A stretch of DNA of 64,000 bases, from the NCBI RefSeq assembly GCF_009914755.1, contig NC_060947.1. One strand, given 5' to 3'. This stretch comes from the human T2T-CHM13v2.0 reference genome, Homo sapiens. The notes under the pieces were generated by a model. It had not been told where the DNA came from. It saw only the letters and a list, made by a program, of their open reading frames with translations, and did no database searches. Positions within the stretch are counted from its first letter, which is position 1. Each line of letters opens with the position of its first letter. A program made the position numbers and the translations under genes. This document shows, piece by piece, positions 24,140 to 36,823 of this stretch.

Positions 24140-24476
24140 TAAGGCTCTGCAAACTAGGGCCCATAAGCCAAATTCAGCCTGCCTGTGTTTTTGTATGGCC
24201 AGCAATCTAAGAATGTTTTTTACAGTTTTAAATGATTGAAAAAAATAAGAGAATAATATTTAGTGAAACATGAAAATTATAGGAAACTCTTATTCCAGTG
24301 TCCATCCACAAATTTCATTGTGCTCATTAGTAGAGCTGTATTACAAAAAATTGTAGATATTTGTTTCCTCTCTTGTTATATAAGTACCTATATAATACCC
24401 TCAACTTTGCATCTTGAACCTCACAGCCTAAAATATTTATATTTAGCCATTCACAAGAAAGTTCACCGACCTTGGT
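24140..24476. mobile_element. hAT-Charlie MITE (MER58-like)
   Basis: Termini gcaaactagggcccataagccaaattcagcctgcc... and ...agaaagttcaccgaccttgg match recalled MER58 consensus. Confidence 0.7.
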
Positions 24477-24530
24477 TCTAAATGATTTCAAAAAATGAAA
24501 TTCTCCAACGCTTTCAGGAGTAAAGCACCA

Positions 24531-25678
24531 AATATATATTCATATATATTCATATATATTCATATATATATATTCCTATATATATTCATATATATTCATA
24601 TATATATTCCTATATATATTCATATATATTCCTATATATATATTCCTATATATATTCATATATATTCCTATATATATATTCCTATATATATTCATATATA
24701 TTCCTATATATATTCCTATATATATTCATATATATTCATATATATATTCATATATATATTCCTATATATTCCTATATATATTCCTATATATATTCCTATA
24801 TATATTCCTATATATATTCATATATATATTCATATATATTCACATATATATATTCACATATATATTCACATATATATATTCATATATATATATTCATATA
24901 TATATTCATATATATATTCATATATATATATTCATATATAGATTCATATATATATTCATATATAGATTCATATATATTCATATATAGATTCATATATATT
25001 CATATATAGATTCATATATATATTCATATATATATTCATATATATTCATATATATATTCATATATATATTCATATATATATTCATATATATTCATATATA
25101 TATTCATATATATATTCATATATATTCATATATATATTCATATATATTCATATATATTCATATATATATTCATATATATATTCATATATATATTCATATA
25201 TATTCATATATATATTCATATATATATTCATATATATATTCATATATATATTCATATATATATTCATATATATATTCATATATATTCATATATATTCATA
25301 TATATATTCATATATATTCATATATATATTCATATATATTCATATATATATTCATATATATATTCATATATATTCATATATATTCATATATATATTCATA
25401 TATATATATATTCATATATATATTCATATATACATATATATATTCATATATACATATATATATTCATATATATATTCATATATATTCATATATACATATA
25501 TATATTCATATATATATTCATATATACATATATATTCATATATATATTCATATATACATATATATTCATATATATATTCATATATACATATATACATATA
25601 TATTCATATATACATTCATATATATATTCATATATATTCATATATATATGAATATATATGAATATATATGTATATGAA
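24531..25678. repeat. ~1.15-kb AT-rich tandem repeat, unit ~(ATATATATTC)n with 10-14 nt variants
   Basis: Directly visible. Sub-blocks carry CCTATA, CACATA, ATAGATTC and ATATAC variants; the last units are inverted. Confidence 0.97.
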
Positions 25679-28585
25679 TTTAGTATTTGTAGCAAGATTC
25701 CACAAATTGAAAATGTTTGGCTTTGTAAACCAATACTAAGGTATTCACTAAAATGTTCTTTTACATAGTTACTAATATTAGGATTAGGATTTTTAACTAT
25801 TTGTTTATAGAACAATCACTACTCCGTGACTAAGAATGGGGAAATAGTAGTTGGAATCCTGTAAAGGTAAAAATTTTAAAAGCCACCACAGATTGCTCTT
25901 AAAGGATTCTGAGGCAATGCAATTCAATGCAAAACTATGCCTCAAATAAATGTCTAGTTTACACACACTTTAGGAACAGTGACTTAACAGGTTATTTCTC
26001 AAGCTAGTATAAATAAATGAAAATTAAATGTTATGCCAAATCAATCTTTGTGTCTCCTCAATAGCCTAGATCTATTTGTAGTTACCTCAAAAATATCCAA
26101 GATCAATTACAATTATTGTTGGATGAATGTAAAATATTTCAAAATCCTGGCCTAAGGTCAACAGAATAATCGGGGCCTTCCATCTCTGAGTTCCTGTCTA
26201 GAGTTGAATGACTAGATATTTTCTTTTACAGAAGGGTAAACATTTGGTAACAATTTGTTGACCCAATTTTAATACAAGAAAAATAGCACTCATAAATTTT
26301 ACTAGCGTCATAATATCTTCATTTTATTGCTCATTTGCAAGCATTTATATAATATAAAAGGAAGGCTCTTTTTACGGTCATCATGCATATTTCTATCTTT
26401 AGATAATCCCAAAATGCACTGAAATCCATAATTTTAGTTTCCATCAGACTTCACTTTCACACAGAGTACAATTGAATAATCTCTCTTTCACAGTATTTGC
26501 TTGGTCATTTCCACACTCCTTGAGTAATGTTCCGTGGGGACTGAAGTGGCCAAAATGCAGGCTGCAGGAGACCCACATAACCTCCAGACTAGTTAATTAG
26601 TTTCTCAATAATTGAGAGTTAACTTTAAAAACAGATGCAAGCTGATAGTGGTGTTTAAGTACTAATCGTACTTGTTAATGAATAAGTCCCCATGGCTCTA
26701 GAGAGAGCTAAGAAAAAAAAAGTTCATGGGTCAAAAGTGAACCATTGTCCTCACCTAGACCTGGATTTTCTGATCTTATTAATCAGAGAATTCTCCAAGT
26801 AAGAGGAACCATTGAAGGCAGGCAGGTTAGTTGAAAGATCAATAGGTGATTGTGAGTATAAGAGGTATAAAGAATAACACAAATGAGAACACAAGTCATG
26901 GTTCAGAGCTACCCATATTTGCTGGGAGGAGAAATACAACAGCAGGCCAGGAATCATAAAGGAGTACCTAAACACAGATCAGCACATCACCTAGGAAGAG
27001 AGCAAATGATTGACACTTATAAGCAGGGTAACTTTGACATTGTTCCTGAGGAGGTGAACAGGAATTGACCTAAAAATTTGTTGGTGACCACCGTGTAATA
27101 ATAATGGCAATTCAATTAACTTTAGTATTCTAGTAGGAAACAAAGATTATTTTTTAAAAAATCAAGTTTGTGGCATGGATTGTAGTAATAGTATCATGAG
27201 CATCTGTTTGTCTCCAAAGTCATCAATTTGTATACATTGAACATGTGCAGCTTTTGTGTGTCAATCATACCTCATTGAAGTAGTTCAAAGAATTAAGTGG
27301 TTATCTAGTTTTAACAAAGGGTATAAACAAAATGTGGGTTTTTGGGAGATAAATAGGAAGAACTGAGCAAAGCAAGGAACCCACAGGAAACCTGGAGACT
27401 ATTTATGAACATGTCAGTGAAAGTTAGATAAATAGGTAGGCTAAGAGTTTAAAATTATCAAGGGTTTGACCAACCACAACCACCACCACCACCACCATCA
27501 AAACAACACAAACCAAAACAGAACCTTGCATGGCTAATAGAAAGATAATTCTATGTTGAAAAAAGAAAGGCCCAAAGCTACAAAAATATGAAGAATCAGG
27601 TACAAATCAGAAATTAAGGGGACCAGAAAATATTCATCCAACATCTTACTTTTGTTACATAACGAATTCCTAGAGGGTAGAGTTTGTTTCTTGATCATCT
27701 TTTTATCCACCCTTTACTCATTTAAATACCTGTCACAGAGTATATGCTCAATACTTACTGAATTCAATAAAAAGGGATTCCTAAACCATTAATTAATTTT
27801 TGATTTACTAAATAGATCAACCCAATTTAAAAATCAGAGTGCAAAAAGAAGTAAAAGTAGTTTCAAAAATGGTGGCAAAGAAATTGAATAAATCCTTCAG
27901 TCTTGTTCTCCACTGAGGAAGACTTTAGGCAGATGGCTAGTCCTAAGCTGTCTTTTGATAAAGATATGAATTGCTAGATCAAACAGTATGAAAAGCACAG
28001 GGTATTTTATACATACATATGTACATATGTACATACATGAATCCCATATGTGTATGTATTTTTAAAATTGGAGTGGCTAAATCCATACTAGAAGGTACCT
28101 AATTAAGAGTTCTAAAAAAAAGTGATTTAGTGATACTATAGATAAAAATATGTAACTTTATTACAAAGTGTATAAAAAGTAATTTTTTATACACTTTGTA
28201 ATACACAAAGTAATTCACACCTTTTTATACACAAAGTAATTCACAATGTGTATAATCCAGGTGATTAATGAATTGCTAATGTGACTGGTATCCAGAGTGG
28301 TTCAAGAGAGAAGACCACGGAAAGAAGGGTGTAAATGAATATTTAACAGATGATTACAGGATATTAAGGCAAATTAGAAATGCTTGGGGGTACCACTTTA
28401 ATTATCAGGTGGTAGGGCAGCCACAGGTTTTTATATAAGGTCTCCTCTCATTGACAAATTACTGAGCCATACCAACCTGCAGGTAAAAAAAAAAAAAAAA
28501 ATTCACAGAGCCCACCAAACTCCCAGCCTTCACCTCATTTGTGATCAACAGCAAGCAATCTCAAGGTAGCTGGCTGTAGCTTACA

Positions 28586-28664
28586 CTGTGACCACGAACA
28601 GTGAAGCTCACAGGCCACCATGGTCTCATTAGCACCAGGCTCCAACTAACTGAGCTAACCAGCC
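28586..28664 (-). mobile_element. tRNA-Ile-derived SINE head (MamSINE1-like)
   Basis: Minus strand GGCTGGTTAGCTCAGTTAGTTGGAGCCTGGTGCTAATGAGACCATGGT resembles tRNA-Ile(AAT) GGCCGGTTAGCTCAGTTGGTTAGAGCGTGGTGCTAAT, then continues into non-tRNA SINE-like sequence. Confidence 0.7.
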
Positions 28665-28787
28665 CCAGAGGAGAAGGACACAAAATAGAGGAGGTTACAT
28701 GTAATTTATCTCACGGGAATATATAAAGGATGATAAAGGGAGAATGTTGAGATTTGTGACTATCAAAGAAACTGGACACTATAGAAG

Positions 28788-28920
28788 ATATACCTAATGC
28801 TAAATGATGAGTTAATGGGTGCAGCACACCAGCATGGCACATGTATACATATGTAACTAACCTGCACATTGTGCACATGTACCCTAAAACTTAAAGTATA
28901 ATAATAATAAAATAAAATAA
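28788..28920 (+). mobile_element. Very short 5'-truncated young L1PA (L1PA2/3-like) 3' end
   Basis: ATACCTAATGCTAAATGATGAGTTAATGGGTGCAGCACACCAGCATGGCACATGTATAC...AAAGTATAATAAT plus A-rich tail. TSD AGAAGATAT at 28783-28791 and 28921-28929. Confidence 0.92.
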
Positions 28921-30013
28921 AGAAGATATCATGTACAAGTGTCCTCTGTTTGGCTGCAAAAGTGTAGCATTTTCATTCAACTTTTGAAAAAAGCAGATTT
29001 CACAGTGTCTATTAACAGAGATGGGGCAAAGCAGCAAAGGGACTGCTAGGGGATTTATTTTGTTTTAACGTAAAAGAAGCTTTAAGCTATGTGACATACA
29101 CAGTCTTATTAGCAAAAGGCCCGAATAACTACTCTACTTTGGACCAGTAATTGCAATGAGGAGCAAATCTAGGATATGTGGGGTCTGAAGCTTAGACCAC
29201 TGGGTGGGGAAGTGGAGCCTTAAGAATGAAACACACGAATATATTTTGCAAATTTTACAAACACATTTTAAACACGTTGCTAGGACCCCTCTCAGGGTTT
29301 TGGAAGGAAACCATGCAAATGAGCATCCCTAAACCCCTCATGTTAGTCTCAGGGTAAGTACACCTTAAAAACAATGTTAGTTGAACAAACAGATTACAGT
29401 AGGCTTCAGTTGATATACCTAAAAGTAAAATTTTGTCTAATCTTTCAGAAAATGTAGTAAAATCCAGATGATCATGGCATGGTAGCACTCCAGGCACTTC
29501 TGTGATATGATTTGGTCAACCTCAATGCGGAAGTTCACATGATCATGACTGTTGTAATTATATTAAGAGCATATTAACCTTATAATTACATAATGCTTGT
29601 CTTTCCTAACTTGAAAATTTTGCAAAAATCATTTACAAAACATGTAATGTCACCACATCAAGATGAAAGAACTAAATGCCATCATTCATCATTACATGAG
29701 TAGGTGAACTGAAAAACCTGCTGCAGAACCTTCATTAAAATGTTATAATTTCTGTACTGACCATGAGACTGGTAATTTAGAATATGGACATAATTTTCTT
29801 TTCTATTAAACCTACATAATGTCTGGGTCACCTTTTAAAATAATAATTGTTAATAAAAGAGCCATGACAAAACTACTCTTTTTTATAGCATAAATATTTC
29901 AGTCAATAAACTAAATTTATGTGAACTAAAAAACTGTAAGTCTAATATGAATATTTGTCCTCTTGTTTTCAAGTACTATATCATTTAATGACTGACTTAA
30001 AAATTAAAAAGTA

Positions 30014-30303
30014 GGCCAGGCATGCCAGCACTTTGGGAGGTCAAGGCAGGAGGATTGCTTGAGGCTGGGAAATCAGTACCAGACTGGGCAACATAGTGAG
30101 ATCACATTTCTATTTCTATTCAAAAAATTTTTAAAAAACATTACTGTGCATGGTGATGTGCACCTGTAGTCCCAGCTACTCAGGAGGATGGGGCAGGATG
30201 ATGACTTGACCCCACAAGTCTGCAGCTACATTGAGCTATGATCATGCCACTGCACTCCAGCCTGGTCCACAGAGTGATACCGTGTCTCAAAAAAAAAAAA
30301 AAA
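30014..30303 (+). mobile_element. Alu (AluJ-like, diverged, short 5' internal deletion)
   Basis: Alu dimer; TSD AAATTAAAAAGTA on both sides. Confidence 0.9.
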
Positions 30304-32652
30304 TTAAAAAGTAAATAAATATTTTCCAATTTTATCTCCAGTCACTTAAAATTGTTCTAGTCCTAAGTTTATAAGTAATATAAACCCAAGTAATATAATA
30401 CATTGTAGCCCTTTAGTAAAAGAGAAAAAAACAACATTAAAAACATGAGTCTAAAAATAATATTCATTAATTAGTATATCTCCCTTCCTCGTACCTATTT
30501 GAACTTTCTATTATTTTTTTTCTCTTGGTTCTGAAGCATTACATCACCTTCGTTCCTTACTATATTAATGTTAGATAAACATATAAGCCTGTTTATGAGA
30601 AATATATTTGGTAAACAGAATTATGAAAATGATGTAAAAAGGTGGAGAGGGATCCAGGCAGCTATCAGATGATTCAATTTGAGATAAAGGAAAACCTAGA
30701 GAGGAAGACTTGTTTATGGCCTTCATGGTTTGGAACTCGGTAACTTAGCCACAGGAATGCCAGCCATGAATAGCATACAACAGAACCTGAGGACTTGGCA
30801 CATCCCAATGCAACCTCAAATGTGCTGAATCAACAATCTCTATATAAATAATCAAATGAATACACTCTACTGAGTCAAGTTCACCTGTGTGTCAGGATCT
30901 GTTTCCATGTGAATCACCACATTCAAAGAGAGAAACTAGGGGAATTTCCCAGGTTTTCCTTTAGTTTGGATATGGACAGGTGTAGATATGCAAAATGTCC
31001 AAATAAAACATTTTAACAGCCTGTAATATCATATTCACTTTATAAATACATACACCACATTCAGTAGGGAGAATCTTTCCTCATAACTAAAATTTCTAAT
31101 TGTAAAACCAAAATTTTAAAACATTAGCTTTGCTTCAGGGTAATCCACTGTGCCTACTCTTTCTAATATTCTTCTACAGTGGTTGTATTTGCCTCATGAT
31201 TATGGCAAGGGGATACTTCAACTTATACTTTTTTGCTGGGAACATCAGGAACAATCTCTCTTAAACTGCATTGAAAAATACTAGGGAGTCACACCTTTTG
31301 TTTCACCTGCTGAACTTCCTTAATAAAGCCAAAAAAAAGCTTTCAGAGATGGACTTTTATACTGGCAAATGTCAATTCAGACCTGTTTAATAGAGTGAAC
31401 AAACTTGCCTGCTCCAGCAAGCATTCCACCCAAATTGACTAGGTGTGGCTTTTATTCATTGTTCAGTCACACTCAACAGAATCTGTTCTCTAGGTACCAT
31501 CGCATTTAGGTTGACATTCCCTTTATCTAGGGGCTTATAATAAGCAAACCATATTCAATTCTGCAAAGGCAGATGTGCTCTTCTGGTATCCTAGAAACAG
31601 ATCAAAGTATTCTTTGTGGAAAGACATGAAGTTCAAGCCAGTCATACAAATGGGTCTTAATATGCAACCTTACAAATATCAGGACTGGAAATTTCTTAAA
31701 CAAAAGTATGACTATCTTAGAGACAAGAATCAGATTATTGGGTAGGGGTGATTAAAAGGGATAGAGAGTTGTTTGAGGGAGAGTAGGTACCAGAGAAATT
31801 AAGTAAAATCATATATTACTTCTGTAATAATATCAGGATCCACAATAAAGAAATTTTTTTTCCAAATCAGACTGGTAAATGTTACTTAAAATTGCTCACA
31901 CTAGCTCAATTACACCATGTCTACAAAGTGGCTTCCTTAGACCATAGAAGAGGAACATATCAACCATCTCGGAGTTAGATTTTTGTACACATAATAACTG
32001 CAGGAATTAATCATTTATCGGCTCATCGCATCATAACAGCTATCATTAAATAATCTACAAGGTAGAGAAGCAATTTCCAATTGTTCCCTTGGGTCTTCTA
32101 AGTAATGCCTTGTATCTTGTAACATTCTATAAAATAAATTGTACTCCTGTGAATCATAGCAGTCATCTTCCGTCATCTGAAATCTGAAATTACCCTCATT
32201 GAAGAAAAGATAGGGAAACATATTCTAACATAGAAAGCATAGAGAATCAAATTAGAAAGCACAAGTGAAGAGGCTGGAAAGCACAATGGATTTCTTACTG
32301 GATTCTCAAAAAAGCTACTCCCTATTCTCCAGTGTGAGCCAGCACGATCAATAACACTTGAAGGGTTGAGACTTGGAATGGAGAGACTCTAGCAGAGGCT
32401 GAATAGAACGGCTTCCCTCTGTACCCCTACTTTACCCCACTTCTTGCTCTCTGATTCCCTGAAACAAGGCATTTCACTAGTACCCTGAAGCTATCCCTCG
32501 ACCTTTGAAAAGATAAATGCTCCAGCTCTGTAGGAACCACTGGGCTCAGGTGTCTGATAATGAAATCTGCTTCCTATTCTTTGCTCAGTTTGAAATTGAG
32601 ACATCCCATGAGAAGCTGAGAGTAATAATTGTGAGTTAAAATCTCCCTTGCT

Positions 32653-32947
32653 ATACCTTTGACCAACATCTTCCCCCATCCCCTCCCACCCACATCCCCT
32701 GGCAACTACCCTTCTACTCTCTGTTTCTATGCATTCAGTTTTTTCAAGGTTCCACATATGAGTGAGATCATATAGTATTTGTTTTTTCTCTGTCTGGCTT
32801 ATTTCACTTGACATAATGCCTGCCAGGTTCATCCATGTCATCTCATTTCACAATGTATACGTCTAACAAATCATCACACGCTGTACACTTTAAAATATAC
32901 ACAATTTTATTTATTAATTATACCTCAATAAAGCTGGGGGAAAAAAT
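32653..32947. mobile_element. Old L1M (L1MA9/L1MB-like) 3' fragment with an inverted 5' segment
   Basis: 32653-32838 is L1 3'UTR on the minus strand; 32840-32947 is the L1 extreme 3' end (tatacctcaataaagctg + A-run) on the plus strand. Confidence 0.75.
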
Positions 32948-33949
32948 AGAAGCTGCCTTGCTTTATTCCCCACCCACTCACATTTTCTGGACTTACCAAG
33001 CACGATCACTTCTCTGTGGTTTTGTTCATAACAATTTTCAGTATCCAAAAGACTTTATCTTCCCTCTGCCCTTAGAAGTAGGGAGGGACTGAGATACGTC
33101 AGTATGTGAAAGCCCAGAAAAAGCGTTTGCGCAAGGAGTTCAACGATGTAAAGAATTACTGAGGGTCAAAGAGGAGCTTTGAGGAGTTCACCTTCTAGGA
33201 ACTAATTTACCAACATAATTAATCTGAGTTCCAAGGCAAAACTTTTTGGTAAACTAATAGTACAGAACATGACATCTATTTATTTTACTTAAATCTGTCT
33301 AGACATTCTGGAAAAAGAGTATGGTGCAAACCTTTAGTGATTCATCATTGCCTCTCCCATCTGTTTTTGCATTTATCCATAAAGATGTACTCATTAAAGG
33401 GTTCCATATCAACACAGATATCCTTGAATTCTGAGAATTAACTTTATAATGAGATAGGCTTTACTGACAGCTGATTGTCCTCCCCCATTTTCATTGCATC
33501 TAAATACTATATACATATTTCAACTTTCAATATGTTCATTGTATCACTGATTAAATGGGTAACAAATAAAGGTAAAACAGGATTTTCAAATTTATCCTGT
33601 TAATAGTTTAAAGGAAGTAGGCCAGCTGGAATTAGAATGAGGCACCACTGAGCTAAATGTGAGGCCTGAAGAACTACAGCAGAAAAGGGACAGTTTTCAA
33701 TTCTCCCTAAGAGGTGTAAAAGCAAAATGAAAGTTTATATTTTAAGGCATAGGGCAAGATGAATTTTCAATAGAACAATATGAACAGATATAGCTTAATT
33801 ACTTTATAAAGGATCCATTTAAACTTGCAAGTCCAGAAAATAGTAGATATTAGTCTAGAATGACATAATCTTACTAATTTCTGCATAGGGAAACCCTGTA
33901 GCTAAGTTAAGGGAAAGCCACTATCAAGATCATGGGAAATTGGGAAAAA

Positions 33950-34270
33950 CTGAGAAATGGTCACAGAGCAGAGAAGAGAGGGGAGGCAAAATTCAAATGA
34001 ATGCACTGTGGTACCCTGAATCAGACACTGGAATAGAAAGATTACATTAATAGAAAACCTGGGGAAATCTGAATAAAGTCTGGAGTTTAGTTAATAATAA
34101 TGATGTGTGATTCCAGTTTCTTGCTTTTGACAAATCTACCAGGGTAATATAAGATGTTAACAGTGGGGAGAACTGGGTGAAAGGTAATACAGGAACTCTT
34201 TGTACTATTAATACCTTTGTAACTTTTCTGTAAATCTAAAATTATTTCAAAATAAAACGTTTATTTAAAA
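33950..34270 (+). mobile_element. L1MC/L1ME-like 3' end fragment
   Basis: aaatctgaataaagtctggagtttagttaata...aacttttctgtaaatctaaaattatttcaaaataaaa, typical old L1M 3' end. Confidence 0.65.
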
Positions 34271-34279
34271 GCAACAACA

Positions 34280-34630
<351 letters not shown>

Positions 34631-34905
34631 CTAGAATTCAAAGGTTTCCATGTAATAATAATCAACTCTCCTTATCTTAAAATGCCCCTGCTCCTTTATC
34701 CATATTCTTTTATAAAGTGAACTCATGCAGCCAGGTTTTCAGTGCAACACACCTGACTGCTCTCTTCAAGTGCACAGCTCTGTAGTGTCAATGAACATAT
34801 TAGTTTGTGTCCTAAATCCTGTTGCAACTAATTTCCCCAAGTCCCTGCCAGGTTATTCCACTGTTGATCTTTATCGGCAATTTTCAAAATATAGCTGCGA
34901 CTTAC

Positions 34906-35070
34906 AAGTGATGACATTTGAGCGTTTTGGAGCATAAGCTGCATCTGCTGGGCGAACATGGCTGCGGCAGTCTTCTGTTGAATCAGATTGTTCCGCCCAT
35001 TAATCTCCAGCTGCGTTTTTAAGTGTGGAGGAGGGTGAAGGTACTTGCAGTTCTCTCGGGTACACCGACC
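34906..35070 (-). CDS. MBNL3: MBNL3 165-nt coding exon (second half of ZnF2 plus linker)
   Basis: tcattgtcag|GGTCGG...TCACTT|gtaagt. Encodes [55 protein letters not shown], phase 0-0. Not in the ORF track; read directly from sequence. Confidence 0.96.
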
Positions 35071-36768
35071 CTGACAATGAAGAATAGGGAAAATATTAAA
35101 TTAAAACTATACACAAATAGATAAATTTTGGACTCCATTATCTGGGGACAATCTAAGCTCCAAAACTCTTCATCTTGAATCCATATAAGGCGAGAAACAC
35201 CCTGAAATTCACTGACAGTCTGTTAATGAAATAATAAATCCCTATGCCCGGCAGCCATTTTGTTCTTTAGGTTCCGGAGACAATGGCCCTAGATCACTTG
35301 CATGATGGAAACCAAAGTGTATTTTGGATCCTCAGCTAATTGAATGTTTTTTATTGATGTTAAGCACTTTCAAGACAGGACAGTATGTCAGTTCCGTGGA
35401 ATCAAACATGCTTTTGGTGTCACCTAAATGTTGGCATGGCTGCTGATTATGGTTTACTATGTAGCAGCAAAGGATGTCACTGGACTAGTTGTTGGTCACA
35501 TTGTCACAATGTGACCTATTACTGTGTTGAACTCATGAGCAGTATATAAAGAAGCTAACGATTCTCTCTTATTTGGATTACTAGGTCCACCATAAACCTT
35601 TTAAGAAAGCACAACTGCAAACAATTCTATTTTCCACAGATGCTAAGATTCTTTACAGTAGGTGAGGTTATTGGGGAAGGGGAAGGTGGGGAGCAAAAGG
35701 GCAACTTTGTTTTTGGACCAAAGAGTGCAAGCTGCTAGGCCACCTGAATTCCCGAGAGAAAAATGAGTTTGTTCACCAAGTGTTTTCATTCAACACATGC
35801 TATCTGCATTTTCCTTATTTATGATGCCTACACAGTTTATGCAATGGCTTCTCCATTGTTTAGTTATGTTGTTATTAAAATATTCCTATAATTTCACTGA
35901 GAATCAAGATGTGTCCTTCAAAACTTTTCTAGAGCTACATATAATGCAAACCCAGATGCATTGCAACGGCTCTTTTTAAATATTAGATCACTAGGGCAAG
36001 GTGGCTCTATTGTTTTACCTCCTCTGGCAAGAAGCTGAGTATAACTTTAAAGTCAGTGTGAGAAATTAAAAGACACATCATTGTTTTCTGTCGAGTTTGT
36101 CTTTTTGTTTTTCCCATTGCTCAATTTACATTTAATTAAATTAAAGTGATTTACAAAATCAAATACTATCTTAGTTTTATGTACTTTTATATTTCTATGC
36201 AAACCTTGGAGAAAGAATAATTTATTGGTAGTATGAGTTAAGAATCACGTTAACCTAATCCTCCTAAATTCTTAAAAGTAGCCTAGGAATAGCTACGCAA
36301 TTTCAACATATATAATGAGTGTAAGCAGACCCCTGTGTGTGCTAAATCACAATAATTGGGGTCTTTTCCCCATAAATGTACCCCTAAGAGAGACCATAAG
36401 CTTCTTTTTACACCCACCAATGTGAAGCAAGGCAGAAAGTCACAAGGATCTTCAGTTCCTAGATTCTCCACTCTCCATCTACATAACTGAGGTGATCTGG
36501 CTCAGAATTAACAGCTGATGGAGGGAGTGGCACTTGGTGACTTCCACAGCCAAGCATGCTAGTTTATACTTCTACTTCAGGGTTTCTCTTCCTCCTCCCA
36601 CACCCTAACATTAAAGATTTCCCCAAGGCCCTGTTCTAAATCCTCTTGCTCTCCTCTCTAATCTCTTTTCCCTGGAGAGACTAAGTTGTTTCAAAGTTCC
36701 ATCTATTTGTACAATTGCTCGGATCTTAAATCTCTATCTCTACCCCTGACCTCTCTTCTGAATTTCAG

Positions 36769-36770
<2 letters not shown>

Positions 36771-36820
<50 letters not shown>
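36771..36820. repeat. Pure poly(T)50 tract
   Basis: 50 consecutive T, within L2-like sequence. Confidence 0.95.

Positions 36821-36823
<3 letters not shown>

Noticed and set aside
24495-25815. ORFs 24495..24941 and 25486..25815 (I/Y/H- and M/N/I/Y-rich) and a possible CRISPR-like array
   Set aside because: These are translations of the AT tandem repeat. There are no unique spacers, no cas genes, and the DNA is mammalian intron.
28586-28664. Functional tRNA-Ile gene
   Set aside because: T-arm/B-box (GGTTCGA) and the 3' acceptor strand are missing; SINE-like continuation.
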